DNA of 64,000 nucleotides, taken from the NCBI GenBank assembly GCA_977862235.1, contig OZ374564.1, forward strand, positions 186,001-250,000. The letters run 5' to 3'. Below are positions 21,720-33,969 of the stretch, one piece after another; position 1 is the first letter of the stretch; each line of letters begins with the position of its first letter. Origin of the DNA: Dudresnaya verticillata. Lineage: Eukaryota. The notes beneath the pieces are model-generated. The model made no database searches and was not told the DNA's origin. It was given only the letters and a program-made list of their open reading frames with translations. A program made the translations under genes and the position numbers.

Positions 21720-22272
21720 CTTTTGTTTATGTAAGAGATGAATAATTTTGTAGAGAGGACTGCTAAAAGTGTAACACTCAAGAAAGGTGATAAGGTTTAC
21801 TATCGACTGTCGATGGAGTGGGGAAGAGGTACTACGTATAGTTCGATGAGTGCGAAGAGACTGAGCGGCGAAGAGCCCGGGCGTTCAGTCGCGGCGTTGC
21901 GGCAATGCTCTCACGACCGCAGCCAATGCCGCATGGTACAGTAGCAGAACGCGCCGTGCGGAGAGCTGGTGACACCGCTGCTTTTCAACCGAAAAATCAA
22001 AACGTGTCCTTCTGCGCGTCGACAGCTGCCGGCGGAACAGAACGACAACTTCAGGGGTCCGGCCCCCATTCCCGCGGACAATTCGCGTCTATTCCCTCCA
22101 GCCCCCTGCCGTCTGTCCCCACGGACAAGGCTGACAAAGGCCATCTCCGCATCAGTCCCGTCTCCGCACGCCCTGTAACCCCCTGTTTCCTCGCCGCCTC
22201 CTCGTGCTGGCCACCCGGCCACCCCCGGCCAAGCCCCTTCCGGTCCTTCCAACCATCTCCCTTCCCACCACC

Positions 22273-24609
22273 ATGCCGCGGCTCGCGCGCGTCGCGCCGG
22301 CACTTTTGGCGCTGCTGTCTCTTCTGCTTGTTGCGCGCCGCTCAGCCGCATCGCTCAGCCGTCTACGCGAGTACCAGAGAGAGTGTTTTGTGCCGGTTCA
22401 GGCCTGCTTCATGTTTATGGATGAGGACCAAGCGTACGGCTGCCAGCAGTGCGGTGACGACATCCGCCAGGAGCTCGTGCGCGAGTTTGCACAGCGCGAG
22501 GATCTCGTGCGCTTCCTGGAGTCGGATAACGACCGCCGCATCATCATGGTCCCGGACTTTCTCTTCTTCCTCCGGTCAGTCCTCAACGCTCTCGCCGCCA
22601 CCAAGAACGTCGCCGCCGTCGTCGTCTATGAGCCCACCCCCGAAGCCTCCCCGATCCCGTTCCCCCCGCTGCAGGACCCGCAACTGTCCACTGATCTTAG
22701 CGAGCCCAACTTCAAGTACAACTTCAACCCGCAGTCCTCCGTCAGCCCCCCTCTGATGCGCAATTCCGTTGGGAATAGTCGCAAGTATGATCTCTACCCC
22801 TTTAACATCTTTCGCGTCAACAGCACTACTGCAGAAATTATTCGCCAACGCGCTAAGCGATTCCCTGGGCAGGACGAAAACCTTCTCGCATCTAACGGTG
22901 GCAATCGATCCAGTTCTACGTCCCCACGGTACAAGCTCCAATCTATGGGTCAGATGTTTGCCTGCCCTTCAAACACAGCCAGCCCGACAGCAACCGCTGG
23001 TGCTGACGGAGATGGAGCAGATGAGGACCCTGAACCCGCGATTATGACCTCCGCACAATGCTTGAAAGACAGGACCTGTATGCCCATCGGCGGGCAGTCT
23101 GTGTGGTCTGCCTTGGGATGGGTAAATGCGTCCATTCCGAACACGGAGAGACGCATTCTGGCAATCACGGCCCCGATGGATTCGAACGCCTTCTTCGCGG
23201 ACACGGCCCTTGGTGCCTCGGCGGAGATTACATCGCTTGCCGTCCTAATGGCTGTCGCTCAAGCTGTCGGCGAGTATCGCCGAGGCCCAGGGAAGGACCA
23301 GGAAATGAATGTACAGCCCGTCTACTTCGCTTGGAACGCCGAGTCATGGGGCTACGCGGGCTCGGCACGCTTCCTGAAAGATGTTAATGAGTTTAACTGT
23401 ACAAGGCCGACCGAGGGGCTCACCAGTGGGTGCCAAGCTCCTTACATGGAAAGTCTCAAGTTTCTGGACTTAAGAGGTGCAAGTTTCACTGTTCTCAACA
23501 TTGGTCAACTAACAGCTCCGAATGTCAATGGGGCTGCTCCTGATTTGAAGTTCTTCCTCCAAGGCGCTAGGGTGAACAAGACGGTCGCAATGGAAATAGA
23601 GAATATTCTCCTAAAGAACTTCAATGACGGCAGCAACCCAGATCTTACCCTAGAAGCAGGTAACTCGAATCTTGTTCCTATCGATGCGTCGCAAAGCTTT
23701 CACCGCTTCTTACCAGACTCGGATATTATCTCTGTAACGAGTTACAAGCGAGAGTTTGAAAACGTATTGTATCATTCCATTTACGATAACGTCACTCTCA
23801 TCAAGGACCAAGCTTCCATCGTTGCGGCAGCGAATGCCATTGCGAACACGGTTGTCGAGTTTTGCTTCGAAGGTGACCAGCAAACGGTGCCTCCAGTCTC
23901 TCGCGAAGTAATCATGGATGTTGTCGATTGCCTTTCTAATAAGTGGGAGGAGTGCAATCTTGCAAAAGAATACTTAGGAGGCTTCTTTCCAAGGGATAAG
24001 GACGGGAATCCGAGTCCTGTCAGTCCGGGGAACTATCCAGGATCGTACTACCCACCAGGGCATCTCTCGTCGATAAACCCAAGCGGTGCCGCGAAGCTGT
24101 CTTTCATTCGCAGTTTTCTGGCTTACCACAACCGGTATGAGGGGGGAGATGTCAAGTGTCAAGTCTTCAAGGATTGCAAAAACTTTACTGACCAACTGAA
24201 CGCTACAGTGAAGCCATCCAGCAAGTCTGAACTTCGCATCACATTTTGTGCAAATAGCACGTGTGTGGCGTCCGATACGTACACACACAACGCATACGGC
24301 ACAGCACTGAATGCGACAAATGCCGAACAGAGCGAGTTTAAGTACGTCAACAGAACAGAACAAGAAGGCAATGCGTCTCTTCTGCCTCTAGAAGCAGGAT
24401 GGACGGAGAGCTTCTGGGATAGCGATTTAGGACTATGTGGTTTCGTTGAGGATACAGCATTGTTTGGAGGCTTGATCTTGGGATCAGGGATTGCAGTGTT
24501 GCTTCTCAGCGCGGCCGTAACATTCTGGTTTGACCGGATGATGTTCCCAAAGTCTCCTCCAGAAGCTGAGGAAAGTCAGCGCCTTATTCCTGGCGAAGTA
24601 TCTGTATAA
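22273..24609 (+). CDS. NCT: Nicastrin (gamma-secretase subunit)
   Basis: Signal peptide, CMPIGGQSVW, MDSNAFF, AESWGYAGS (DYIGS-equivalent), YHSIYD, WTESFW, one C-terminal TM helix. Start at ATG 22273. Confidence 0.92.
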   Translation: MPRLARVAPALLALLSLLLVARRSAASLSRLREYQRECFVPVQACFMFMDEDQAYGCQQCGDDIRQELVREFAQREDLVRFLESDNDRRIIMVPDFLFFLRSVLNALAATKNVAAVVVYEPTPEASPIPFPPLQDPQLSTDLSEPNFKYNFNPQSSVSPPLMRNSVGNSRKYDLYPFNIFRVNSTTAEIIRQRAKRFPGQDENLLASNGGNRSSSTSPRYKLQSMGQMFACPSNTASPTATAGADGDGADEDPEPAIMTSAQCLKDRTCMPIGGQSVWSALGWVNASIPNTERRILAITAPMDSNAFFADTALGASAEITSLAVLMAVAQAVGEYRRGPGKDQEMNVQPVYFAWNAESWGYAGSARFLKDVNEFNCTRPTEGLTSGCQAPYMESLKFLDLRGASFTVLNIGQLTAPNVNGAAPDLKFFLQGARVNKTVAMEIENILLKNFNDGSNPDLTLEAGNSNLVPIDASQSFHRFLPDSDIISVTSYKREFENVLYHSIYDNVTLIKDQASIVAAANAIANTVVEFCFEGDQQTVPPVSREVIMDVVDCLSNKWEECNLAKEYLGGFFPRDKDGNPSPVSPGNYPGSYYPPGHLSSINPSGAAKLSFIRSFLAYHNRYEGGDVKCQVFKDCKNFTDQLNATVKPSSKSELRITFCANSTCVASDTYTHNAYGTALNATNAEQSEFKYVNRTEQEGNASLLPLEAGWTESFWDSDLGLCGFVEDTALFGGLILGSGIAVLLLSAAVTFWFDRMMFPKSPPEAEESQRLIPGEVSV

Positions 24610-24691
24610 ATACTGTAGGTTAGGTGTTTATGCTTGTCGGTTTTGATACTGTACTGTGAATAACAAGACTAATAACTTTTAGAGACTTGCG

Positions 24692-27600
24692 CTATCCGCT
24701 GTACCATTCTATCAAGACTGATCCGGAAGACGTTCTGACTGGGAGCTCTTCCAGGATTCCTTCCAATGATGCCAGTATGACTGCACGCTGGTCGACACTC
24801 ATGCTGTCGCGCAGTTGGGACAAAATTCTCATTCCTTCTCCTTTCGCTTCAATCGCCTCCGTCAACCTGTCCGCGACCTTGACACCCATTGCACCGGGGC
24901 ATCTTTCCCCGAGGAGCAATCCCTTAACAAGTGAACCGAAAACGAGGCTGAGGAAAACTCCATTATCTTCAATACTCTCGGAACCTTCCACACCACCGAG
25001 GCCATCTTCATAGATGTAACGGGCATTACGAAAGAGTCCACCGCCTCCGCATTCATCAACTGCTGTCCTCCAAAGTAATTCCCGCAAGCTGATGTCCACT
25101 TCCTTGCCCCACATCACTGAGAAAAGAACAGAAGACAACGGCTCTCCCTTCTCTTCCAGTGGGTCGAATACAGAAGGCCCTCGGGCAACGAGCGTGTCGT
25201 TCAGGGTAGTTATTGCATCAGAAAATTTCGAGTTTGGCGTTGTCGACAGTGCACTGCGACCAGTGCTGCCCCCTTCTCGAATCAAGGAATGGTTCTTCGA
25301 AACGGCCCCAATGGCGGACAAGAGCAGAACATCACAGAATCGAGATGAAGGAGAGGATAGCAATTCAAACGGAGATCCCAGCAATATCCAAAACAAATCT
25401 AGTGGATCCACGACATTTGACTTGTAGAAGCCAAGAGCAAGAATCAAGGCAGAATCGATTGCTTCTGGATACCTCAACCATTGCTCAAGTAAGAACAAAA
25501 TGGAAAATGGCTGGATCAGGTCAAGGGGGGCTGCATTCTCATCTTCGACCCCTCTGTGAAGCTTTCCATCTGTTGATTCAGCAGTCCGTCTAGCCCAAAC
25601 ATCAGACAACGCCGTCTGAGTTATAGGCAGAATATCCTGAGCACATTTCTTCGCTTCCTCTTCCTGTAATGATGGGATTAGGAGCTTAAGAAAGCGGACA
25701 TTTACCAGGCATCTCGAAAAGAGATCCAAGACAGCCTGCGGCTCAAAAACGAACGGCAGGACACGTAGGCATAATTCAACGGTTTCTTTGCAACAATCCA
25801 CCTTCGCCAGTGACCCAGTCCATTCCACACAAGCATTGGCAACAGGACGCCAAGGAACACATCCGTCATCCGTCCTTTCTTTTTCAAATCGCGCCTCATG
25901 AGCCGCTGCTTCGAGAAGAGAATGCACTTCTCTCTTCGCATATCCTGGGTCCAGTCTCGCGCTTGACAGCAGTCGCGCACCAGCGTGACATACCGAGGAA
26001 AATGTTTGCAGCTTCGTTAGAGAAAGAGATCCCTCTAGTGACATCTCCCGAACTGAATTCGAAGCTGATGAACATTCGATTAGCAGCTTGGATACGACAG
26101 TGCGGTCCACCGGGATTGTCGAGAGCGCAAGGACGGTCGCTGCAAAGTGACCAGCAGCCGCTCGCACTGAAGGCGGGGTTTGTCCGGTGCTAGAAATGAA
26201 CACAGAGCATGCCGACAATGCCACGGGGGCCAATTCCTCTAGTTGATGCCTCAAGAATAACTCGTCACTGCACTTTGAAGGACTGACTGCGCTCGTGTAC
26301 AGACTATGTGCGTAAGCTTCGAGTGCGAGATATGCTTCTGCGGCCGTCGCTTCGTCTCCTGTAGCCAGAACACATATCGCCGGTGCAGCTCTTGAGAATG
26401 CTGATACTCCTAACTCCAAGCATACTGCACTGCGCAAAAGGCGCATAGCGCCTTTAGCCGCCTGGTGCTGTTCAGCCGTGACGCTATTCTTTGAATCTAG
26501 ACGCAAGAACCAACTGACGTGTGCCGCTATCTTCTCTAGAAACCCATCGCTGCAGACCGTCTTGGAAAGCTCTTCCACTACGCCCGAATCGTCCCACGCA
26601 ACGTTGATGACAGCTTGAGCGAGAATATCGCAAGCCAGGAGCACTGTGGATGTCGACATCGGTTGCAATCCAACCGCGAGTCGCTGCAAACTTGTCAACG
26701 AACCTTGTCCGAACAAAAGCTGCCGAGCAGCGTACGCAGAATATTGAACAATGCATCTTATCGCGTTCAAACTTCGTAGCGCCACAACCGCCCTATCCGG
26801 ATGCAACGCGTTCGCTTCTGCAATCGTTGTTAGCACCGCAACACAACCAGACTGCGCGAGGACACTCAACAAGGGATGCGGGCGTTCCCTCAGTGTAGAA
26901 GAATAAAAGCGGGACGAGAAGTACAAGCTTGTCACCAGCTCGCTCCGCGAAAAGTGCCAAAGCTCGTCGATAAGGGCCTCAACTGCTTCCAGATAAGCAA
27001 TTTGGTTTGTCAGCGCTAAGTCGAAGGATGTGCGTGACGGGAAGTCTGAAAACGCCAGAGCAATCCCCCCGGAACGCAATAGCGCATCAACAATCTCATC
27101 CCGATGCCGGTTCACAAGTGCAGCAAGAACACGTAGAGATAAAATGCGCTGCTGTAAAACGGTCGACCGCGTTAGCAACAAGACTTCAGAGAGCGTGTAG
27201 CCCGCGCTGCTTGGGGATGCTCCGTGATGATGCAAACCAAGGTGGGTAGGGAGCGACTCCACTTGAGTGGCGGTGAGCTTTTCGCCGGTCAAGTTGAAGC
27301 GGCGCTCAGCAAGCTCCCCCAGCCCACTAACTGCCTCCGACAACATTCTGTCTAGAATTCGTTGATCCGGAAGGTCACTGTTGGCATCAGACATCCAAAG
27401 ACACTTTTCGTCCTCAGTTCGTTCGTTCCCCAATTTTGCGGTTCCACCCGTGTTCCCCTGGTTGCTGTTACCCGCATGAGCACGCCCCTCTTCCAGAGCA
27501 GATCCTCCCGCAAGTAGAGCTGATTGAGACCATGGAACCGCACGTGAAGGCTCAGAGTCAGCAGGAACGCGATCATCACCCCTTTCACGCAGAAATTTGA

Positions 27601-28162
27601 TCGTCTCTGGGTCAAGCATTGCGGCGATCTCCTCCTGTGCTTCACGAATCTGCTCTGGACTCATTCGCGCAACCTCCTGGCTCGCCCACTCCGCGGGCGG
27701 CAATTCAGTCTGTTGGGCACGCCTTGGCACCTTATGCGCCCCGCGCTGCTCTCCATGTGCAACGTTGTTGTCGTGAGCTGCTCGAGTAGTTGTAGCCTCA
27801 TCACCCACGTGGTGCCCAAAACCATCCGAAACCATTGCTTCAATTGCGGTACCCTCCTTTTCTCGAGCAAAACGTCGCGCCTCCTTCCCTCCGTCGGCAT
27901 CTGAGGAAGGAAATCCTGCCGTGGGTGGGGCTGGCCTTCGGGCTCGACGGCGTCTTGACACTTTGCGCTCCTCAACTGGCTTGAGGAGCGCAGCAGTAGC
28001 CGAAGTCGAGGGCTTCGAAAAAGAAAGAGAGCCCAAAGGCTCCTCAGCTGGTTGTCCAAGGTGTGCACGGAAGAAGGCTTCCTGGTTTGCCGCCAAGTCT
28101 GCTTCAGACGAGAGCCGCTCAGGCCTTGAGCGAGTAGCGCTTTCCCCCGGTATTGACGGCAT
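24692..28162 (-). CDS. RPAP1: RNA polymerase II-associated protein 1 (RPAP1/Rba50/IYO family)
   Basis: RPAP1_N motif MSPEQIREAQEEI..LDPETIKFL and RPAP1_C motif GLHHHG....AGYTL.E...L.RS....QR, followed by an ARM-like helical region. First ATG at 28162. Confidence 0.9.
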   Translation of the reverse strand: MPSIPGESATRSRPERLSSEADLAANQEAFFRAHLGQPAEEPLGSLSFSKPSTSATAALLKPVEERKVSRRRRARRPAPPTAGFPSSDADGGKEARRFAREKEGTAIEAMVSDGFGHHVGDEATTTRAAHDNNVAHGEQRGAHKVPRRAQQTELPPAEWASQEVARMSPEQIREAQEEIAAMLDPETIKFLRERGDDRVPADSEPSRAVPWSQSALLAGGSALEEGRAHAGNSNQGNTGGTAKLGNERTEDEKCLWMSDANSDLPDQRILDRMLSEAVSGLGELAERRFNLTGEKLTATQVESLPTHLGLHHHGASPSSAGYTLSEVLLLTRSTVLQQRILSLRVLAALVNRHRDEIVDALLRSGGIALAFSDFPSRTSFDLALTNQIAYLEAVEALIDELWHFSRSELVTSLYFSSRFYSSTLRERPHPLLSVLAQSGCVAVLTTIAEANALHPDRAVVALRSLNAIRCIVQYSAYAARQLLFGQGSLTSLQRLAVGLQPMSTSTVLLACDILAQAVINVAWDDSGVVEELSKTVCSDGFLEKIAAHVSWFLRLDSKNSVTAEQHQAAKGAMRLLRSAVCLELGVSAFSRAAPAICVLATGDEATAAEAYLALEAYAHSLYTSAVSPSKCSDELFLRHQLEELAPVALSACSVFISSTGQTPPSVRAAAGHFAATVLALSTIPVDRTVVSKLLIECSSASNSVREMSLEGSLSLTKLQTFSSVCHAGARLLSSARLDPGYAKREVHSLLEAAAHEARFEKERTDDGCVPWRPVANACVEWTGSLAKVDCCKETVELCLRVLPFVFEPQAVLDLFSRCLVNVRFLKLLIPSLQEEEAKKCAQDILPITQTALSDVWARRTAESTDGKLHRGVEDENAAPLDLIQPFSILFLLEQWLRYPEAIDSALILALGFYKSNVVDPLDLFWILLGSPFELLSSPSSRFCDVLLLSAIGAVSKNHSLIREGGSTGRSALSTTPNSKFSDAITTLNDTLVARGPSVFDPLEEKGEPLSSVLFSVMWGKEVDISLRELLWRTAVDECGGGGLFRNARYIYEDGLGGVEGSESIEDNGVFLSLVFGSLVKGLLLGERCPGAMGVKVADRLTEAIEAKGEGMRILSQLRDSMSVDQRAVILASLEGILEELPVRTSSGSVLIEWYSG

Positions 28163-29459
28163 CTTCTCCAATCCAACCTGGGAACCAGATGTTGAGTCTG
28201 TACCAGCACCCCACAACGATAATGAGTGCTACCAAAGGGTACGCCGAGGCGCTGCGCGAGGCAGGCTGAACCTGTGAACGGCAAGTGGTGCCAGGTTTGG
28301 GCGGAAGCAGGGCAGGCATTTACCGCCGGCTATTTTTTGTCGCCCAGTTTTTTGAACAGAACCGTCTTCGCTGGGTGTGAAGGTTGTCGGTTGCCAAGCC
28401 TGTTTATTCCTCTTTCACTGCCAGTGGTCTACACCGGCCTAATCATCACTCTGATTCTCCGCATTGTCTCCAACTGGTCGTGAGTAGTGCCCGTCCGCTC
28501 TGGTTTCTACCAATTTGTCCATGTTCGTTGATGCTCAAGGCTTCCTCAAGCGTTAAGTTTACCCTCCGGCTCAAAAACACGCATTATCGAATCGGAGCAG
28601 CGCAAAACTACTTTTCATTGAGTCAACCTCTGAAGTCAACAATACCGTGAAGGTTACTGGTACTGGGTCGCGCCAGAGTGACGAGTAGTCTCATTCGTTC
28701 AGAGTTAGAGAATAATTGAGTTGCGAATCGGGGCTGAGCAACGCCACTGTTTTTGTTCACTCCTATTAACAACCCGTGTTAGTATTACACCAATCCCAGT
28801 ACCGTACGAATAATGAGGGTGAGAACGCTCTACTATCGAGCGAAGTGCACGAAGTGACAAACAATAAAAAGCCCACCGTCAATAACATTACCAATACACA
28901 CGCCTCTTCACAGCCGGTTCTCTCCAAAGAGTATCAGAGTATCTCTGTCAACGTGTCTGAGAGATAAATCCCCTCTATCGCAGTACTTCAAATCGAAGTT
29001 TTCTCCAGGTTGAAGCCTTTTGGCAAGAACGGTCATTGCCGGGCTGAAGGTAGGCAACTCTAAAACAATTCGTTTCAGTGCGGTTTCCACCGAAACGAAT
29101 GCGCGAGAATAACCTCCCTTGCAGGAGCACACGGTCGTCGATGTATTGACGAAAACGAGTTCGGGACGTGGAAATTCGAGATGTAATAGCACAGGGAAGT
29201 CACAATCATAGTACAACGCTTTCCGGTGCTGCTTGCCTGATAGCTAGAGTGCAGCGTGTCAAACGTATGGCAGGGCTCTGACAGCAAAATAGCCTCTTGT
29301 AACGCCCAGCCCCGAATCTCCAGTTGTTTTGCGAATTCCTGTGCATTCCGTTCTTCATGAAGCTGCTGCTCATCTTTCCAACTTGAGAAATGAGCAAAGC
29401 GTGGGACAGGTGCCCGCGCCACCCCACTTTCACGTCATGCAGGGAAACAGGGAGAGTAC

Positions 29460-31040
29460 TCATGCAAAGCTATCTAGGTCTACAGAGTCCACCACATCCT
29501 GACCTGGTCCGACCCGTGGTACAGCGAAGGGAGATGCAAAGCCATGACCCGTCATCACATATTGGGGCTGCGTAGGCATGCCTTGAATCTCTGGGGTCGG
29601 TTGTTGATTCAACTTTCTTCGCCACAAAAAGACAATCCTAAACACAAGCAGTATGATCCAAGCTACTCCATACAAAGCGAAGAAAGCAGTTAACTTTCCA
29701 GGTGTCAGAGTGGCATCCACTGTTTCGTCACATGCGTTCCTAGACGCGACAACAGTTGCTGAGTCATATTCGTCAGCTTCCCTCAAAAGCCTTGTTTCAC
29801 GTGAGAGGATCTCTAAGACCGTAGCGTTCGCCTTCTTCGGCAAGATGAACCCTACTGATGTGGAGAAAAATGGTTCTCCCACTGGCTCGAAGAGATCACA
29901 GTTGAGGTGCGCACGGAAAAGAATACTGGCTTCCAAGTCAAAGAAATAGTCCGCCTTGTTCTCTTTAAGGAACCTGAAGCCCTGCTCCAGATCCCGTACA
30001 ATGATGCCGGCTGATCCCCAGCTGCACTGCTTTCGATGCGCTGAAGTGTTCACGGCAAAGTTCCAATACTCTTGAGAAGCAGTGCCCCCCACCATCGCAA
30101 TCCTGTCCGGTGCAAGCCCACACTCGGTCACATCAGTTATTGCGCGGAACGGAGAGGACTTGGTGCTTTCGAATAGCAAGACAGTCAAACTAGCTTGGTA
30201 GATGGTGATGAGAAATAAGCCGGCGGTGAGTCCAAGCACGATCCAGGCTGTCTTATGAAAGGATGGCGTATTCTGACCAGCCGAATCAAAGGGATATCCG
30301 ATAAAGTGTGAGTACGCGTAGAGAATCGCAGCGGGGAAGCGCTTAAGTTGCCAGCACAACGCGCCAGCTTTCCGTCCTGTGTGCCCACGCTCCTGTGGTA
30401 ACGCATGGGGGGATGGCCGAAACGGGCCGTAGTACACCGTCCCAAACGCTTGCATGAGGATTCCACACAGAATAATTATCCAGACTTCTGTCGAGAAAGT
30501 TTTGAACACAAACCAGGAGTTAGACGAGTCATCAATGCTCAGCTCAGACTTTCTGACAACCATTTGATAGTTTTCGTGGCCGAAGGCCCAGACGAAGCTG
30601 ACTTTCTCGACACGATCCTGGGTAACCGTGAACGGCCCAACACCCAGATTGCATTCACAAGCATCAGGCCCTGTGGCATCAGGATCGCAAACTGCCATGT
30701 GATTTACCAATTCGTCCCACGAGCGTTCCCAGAGCTTCATATCGAAGGAGAACTGCAGGTTATCATGCAGGCGGTCTAGGTAGTTGATTGCCACGCCGCT
30801 GAACTGCTCACGACGGTTCTCATCGGGTAGGACGTATGGTATCTCGAGAATGGCACAGCCTCGGAAATGCACGTCTTTCAGTTCGGAAAAAGCTTTCGCT
30901 CCGCGTGGCCAGAGGAATAAACTGAGCAGGACAAGGGGAAGCCGGATCAGACAGCGACCATCTATTCGTCTCCTTGTCGAAGATGGCGGTTCCCGCAACC
31001 CAAGACGAGCTTGTCGGCCTTGATGCAGGAGCCTACCCAT
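29460..31040 (-). CDS. Ionotropic glutamate receptor-like (GLR) channel, paralog 1
   Basis: Signal peptide; S1 (FSGVAI, VGPFTVTQDR...VSF); M1 after FKTFSTEVW; M3 IYQASLT (SYTANL-like); S2 (DLEAS, NCDLFEPVGEPF..GFILPK); M4. Confidence 0.85.
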   Translation of the reverse strand: MGRLLHQGRQARLGLREPPSSTRRRIDGRCLIRLPLVLLSLFLWPRGAKAFSELKDVHFRGCAILEIPYVLPDENRREQFSGVAINYLDRLHDNLQFSFDMKLWERSWDELVNHMAVCDPDATGPDACECNLGVGPFTVTQDRVEKVSFVWAFGHENYQMVVRKSELSIDDSSNSWFVFKTFSTEVWIIILCGILMQAFGTVYYGPFRPSPHALPQERGHTGRKAGALCWQLKRFPAAILYAYSHFIGYPFDSAGQNTPSFHKTAWIVLGLTAGLFLITIYQASLTVLLFESTKSSPFRAITDVTECGLAPDRIAMVGGTASQEYWNFAVNTSAHRKQCSWGSAGIIVRDLEQGFRFLKENKADYFFDLEASILFRAHLNCDLFEPVGEPFFSTSVGFILPKKANATVLEILSRETRLLREADEYDSATVVASRNACDETVDATLTPGKLTAFFALYGVAWIILLVFRIVFLWRRKLNQQPTPEIQGMPTQPQYVMTGHGFASPFAVPRVGPGQDVVDSVDLDSFA

Positions 31041-33152
31041 GATGGCTAGCCGGGATAGCTGCAGCCCGACTCAGCGGCACTCAAACGAGAGATGGGCATA
31101 AATAGAGGGGCCCATGAGCAGTTTGGGAGCAAACAGAACAGGGAAGCAAAAAAAGGACTGACGATGAGTGCCCGCGCCGGGGCAAAGGTTGCGGCAAATA
31201 TGTCATAATTGCCAAGACATCCAGCGTCTGTATCCATCGGCGTAGACGTCAGGCGATAGGCGGCGCAGGGGGGTAGATGGCCCGATGCAGCCCTAACACC
31301 AGTGGTGGCGGAAAATTATGTGATCACGGATGATGGTGCATAGATGGCATGTACTAACAGGGGCTCTGGATGAAGGTAACATGTCATTTGGTCTGTTTCG
31401 TGTCTGATCGACCTATTTCCATCGTCAAACCAGAGAAGCAGAGTGCAGCCTAACCACAATTGTTGTGGAAACTCGCGCATGGCAGGATCGACGTGGACTG
31501 CGGCGTCCATTACACCCGGCTCGTACTGTACAGCAACAGCAATGCCTAACTGTACTCGCGGTGATCGCACTTAAAAAGTCAGAGAGGGAGACTGCACCGG
31601 AAGCATACTAAGATGCGACCAACAGGGGAGCACGCACTGGTGAGGACAACTGGAAAGAGAAATTCAACATCATGGTCAGCTTGCAAGGTTCCCCTAGTCC
31701 AGTGGTGAGCGAGATCACTGCAGCCACCATAACGTAAGGAATTCTAAAACTAGAGCTCGGCCAGAAACCGTGTTGCTCTGAAAGCGCGCACCACAGCAAC
31801 GGGGTTTCCCTGAAGTGGCGACAAAAGGTTGGCTCCAACGGTGTTCCTTACTGGCAAGATGTAGCGCTTCTGGCACGCCACACAATACGTTAGTTGCTGA
31901 ATTTGTTTGGCAAGCGGAGCAAGGCACCGACCAGAAAAAGAAGTGCAAACAAACGGAAGGCTGCAGTTTGCTTTCATTTCCGTACTTGCTACGACCATCA
32001 TTTGTTGCGTCCATAGCCAGATTCACTCAGACTCAGCATCCGTGGGATCATAGAGTTTACGTACACCCGATTTTCTGTAGCGTTGAGGTTCATTGCAACA
32101 ACAGGCCTACCGTCGCGTAACACAAGCGTGCAGGCCAAGGGTGACAGTATGTTGAGACTGTTCCCCGGTATGTTGGGAACATTCTACAAAGTCGGAAGCC
32201 GCGTACTCTCACTCTCGCAAGCACAATAAAGACTGAATAATCCGCATTATTCTTGTTCGGAGATTATAGCGCCGTCCATATAAATACAGCAACAATGCTC
32301 GTCAGTCATAGGTTGTAGGGTCAAGGCCCCAAGTTCTCAGGAGGTTCAGTCCCACAACTGTCATTGAGATGCCACTGACTGACGATTTAATGAACCCAGT
32401 CTGCACCTTCGTCTCGCAACGACGAGGAGCCCGGCGCTTGAGCTAGTGGTGGCACAACGCACACAGCAGTTCAACGCTTGTTTTTGGAGGGTTCGATGCG
32501 CAGCGGAGTTCCCCGAAAAGCGTGCTGCAAAAGTAGAAAGCTGATGCGGTTTAAGTCCTCCCCCTTTCAGCCACGAAGTTAGACGAGCACATCTACAGTA
32601 TTTGCCACCAAACGCAAAAAGAGATCAGAGCTAAGTTACTATGAAGCGAAGAGTGCATCACCACCAAGTTATACGCCGCAATTCTTTGTGGCTTGCCCAA
32701 CAGGAAACACTCCCAGGACTGTATAGACGGTAGTTTTCATGCCCGCCCTACCCATCATTTCTTAATTTGTTCAGACAAATAGAGCAATGCCGGGAAGCAC
32801 ACTATTTCCTCAGCATTTTCCACCCAGTATCTATGTTGCTGTTGCAAGACTATGGACAACTCCAAGGAAAAACAATTTGTTTTTTCAGCAATAGTGGAGT
32901 TTCTGTAACGAGATGGGTCCTCTCGAGGGACCCCAGTCCTGCAGAAGCCTGCCGAAGGCTTCCCCGAGACTAGGGGCCACACTGAGCACAGCTCTTTCCG
33001 CCGGAAGGAGCTGTTCCGGGTGAGACTCAAAGAGCTCCCGTCATAGCCCGTACTACATTAGTCCTACAAGGAAATCTCAGAAGAGAATGATTCAATCCAA
33101 TGTTCTATGCACCAAAACAATTAGAGTACTGTTTGAAACTGAGAGAGCATAA

Positions 33153-33226
33153 GCTTTTCTGAGCAGTTCTGCTGCAACCCTCGTATCGGAAAAAAGGAGG
33201 GTTGCAGCAGAACTGCTCAGAAAAGC
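33153..33226. repeat. Perfect 30-bp inverted repeat with 14-nt spacer
   Basis: 33153-33182 GCTTTTCTGAGCAGTTCTGCTGCAACCCTC is the exact reverse complement of 33197-33226. Confidence 0.95.
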
Positions 33227-33969
33227 AACATCAACTAAATTGAAGCCTGTTCTTGTTTGAACACTTGTCGAAACTCGCAGGATTAATAACCATAGACACA
33301 TAACCTCTGAGCCTAGAAGTAGCTATGGTGCGAAGGACTGCTCAATGAATTAAAGATGGGCGATTGGTCGATTATTCTGTTCTTCTCCTTTGTTCGTGTT
33401 GGGATGTACCGTTTGATTCGAGATGGCCCATTTCGTTTCAACTTCCCTTCCACGTACCCACAAGAAACACAAAAGCCCGAGTTAACACGACAAGACTGCT
33501 CTTGTATTTTTGCCTTCCAGCGTGTTCTTTGTTGAAACATTCAAACCGAATCATACCGTTGAGACAGTTACCTGCGTTGGGTCTGCGTTGATTCGAATGA
33601 GAATGATGGCAATTGCACTTCTGGGCAAACAAAGTGCTTGGTATTGTCGTTCTCTTTTACTTGAAGCATGGATTTCATAGCGGCGGAAGCGAAACTCGAA
33701 TTATGGGTTTGACCTCGAGGGTTTCGGCGGCCTCGAAGTCAAACCAACAAAGACCCAGTTCCGTTTCACTACTTAAGGGCACAAAATAAGTAGTGAAATG
33801 TGCACGGGTACTCTTCTGACATAACCTTATCAAAACTTCTGCTACCTCTCGTGGACGTCTTGGTTGCACTCCCTCCTAGGTTCGCCGACGAGAAGTATTC
33901 GAGGTTTTGTTGAGATTGTGACTGAAGAGTATTTTCCTCCTTATTTTCCGTCTTGTCGAACCTGCAAAA

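Noticed and set aside
32430..32515. TAGTGG ... GGTTCGAT resembling a tRNA or SINE
   Set aside because: No cloverleaf pairing and no second copy in the window.
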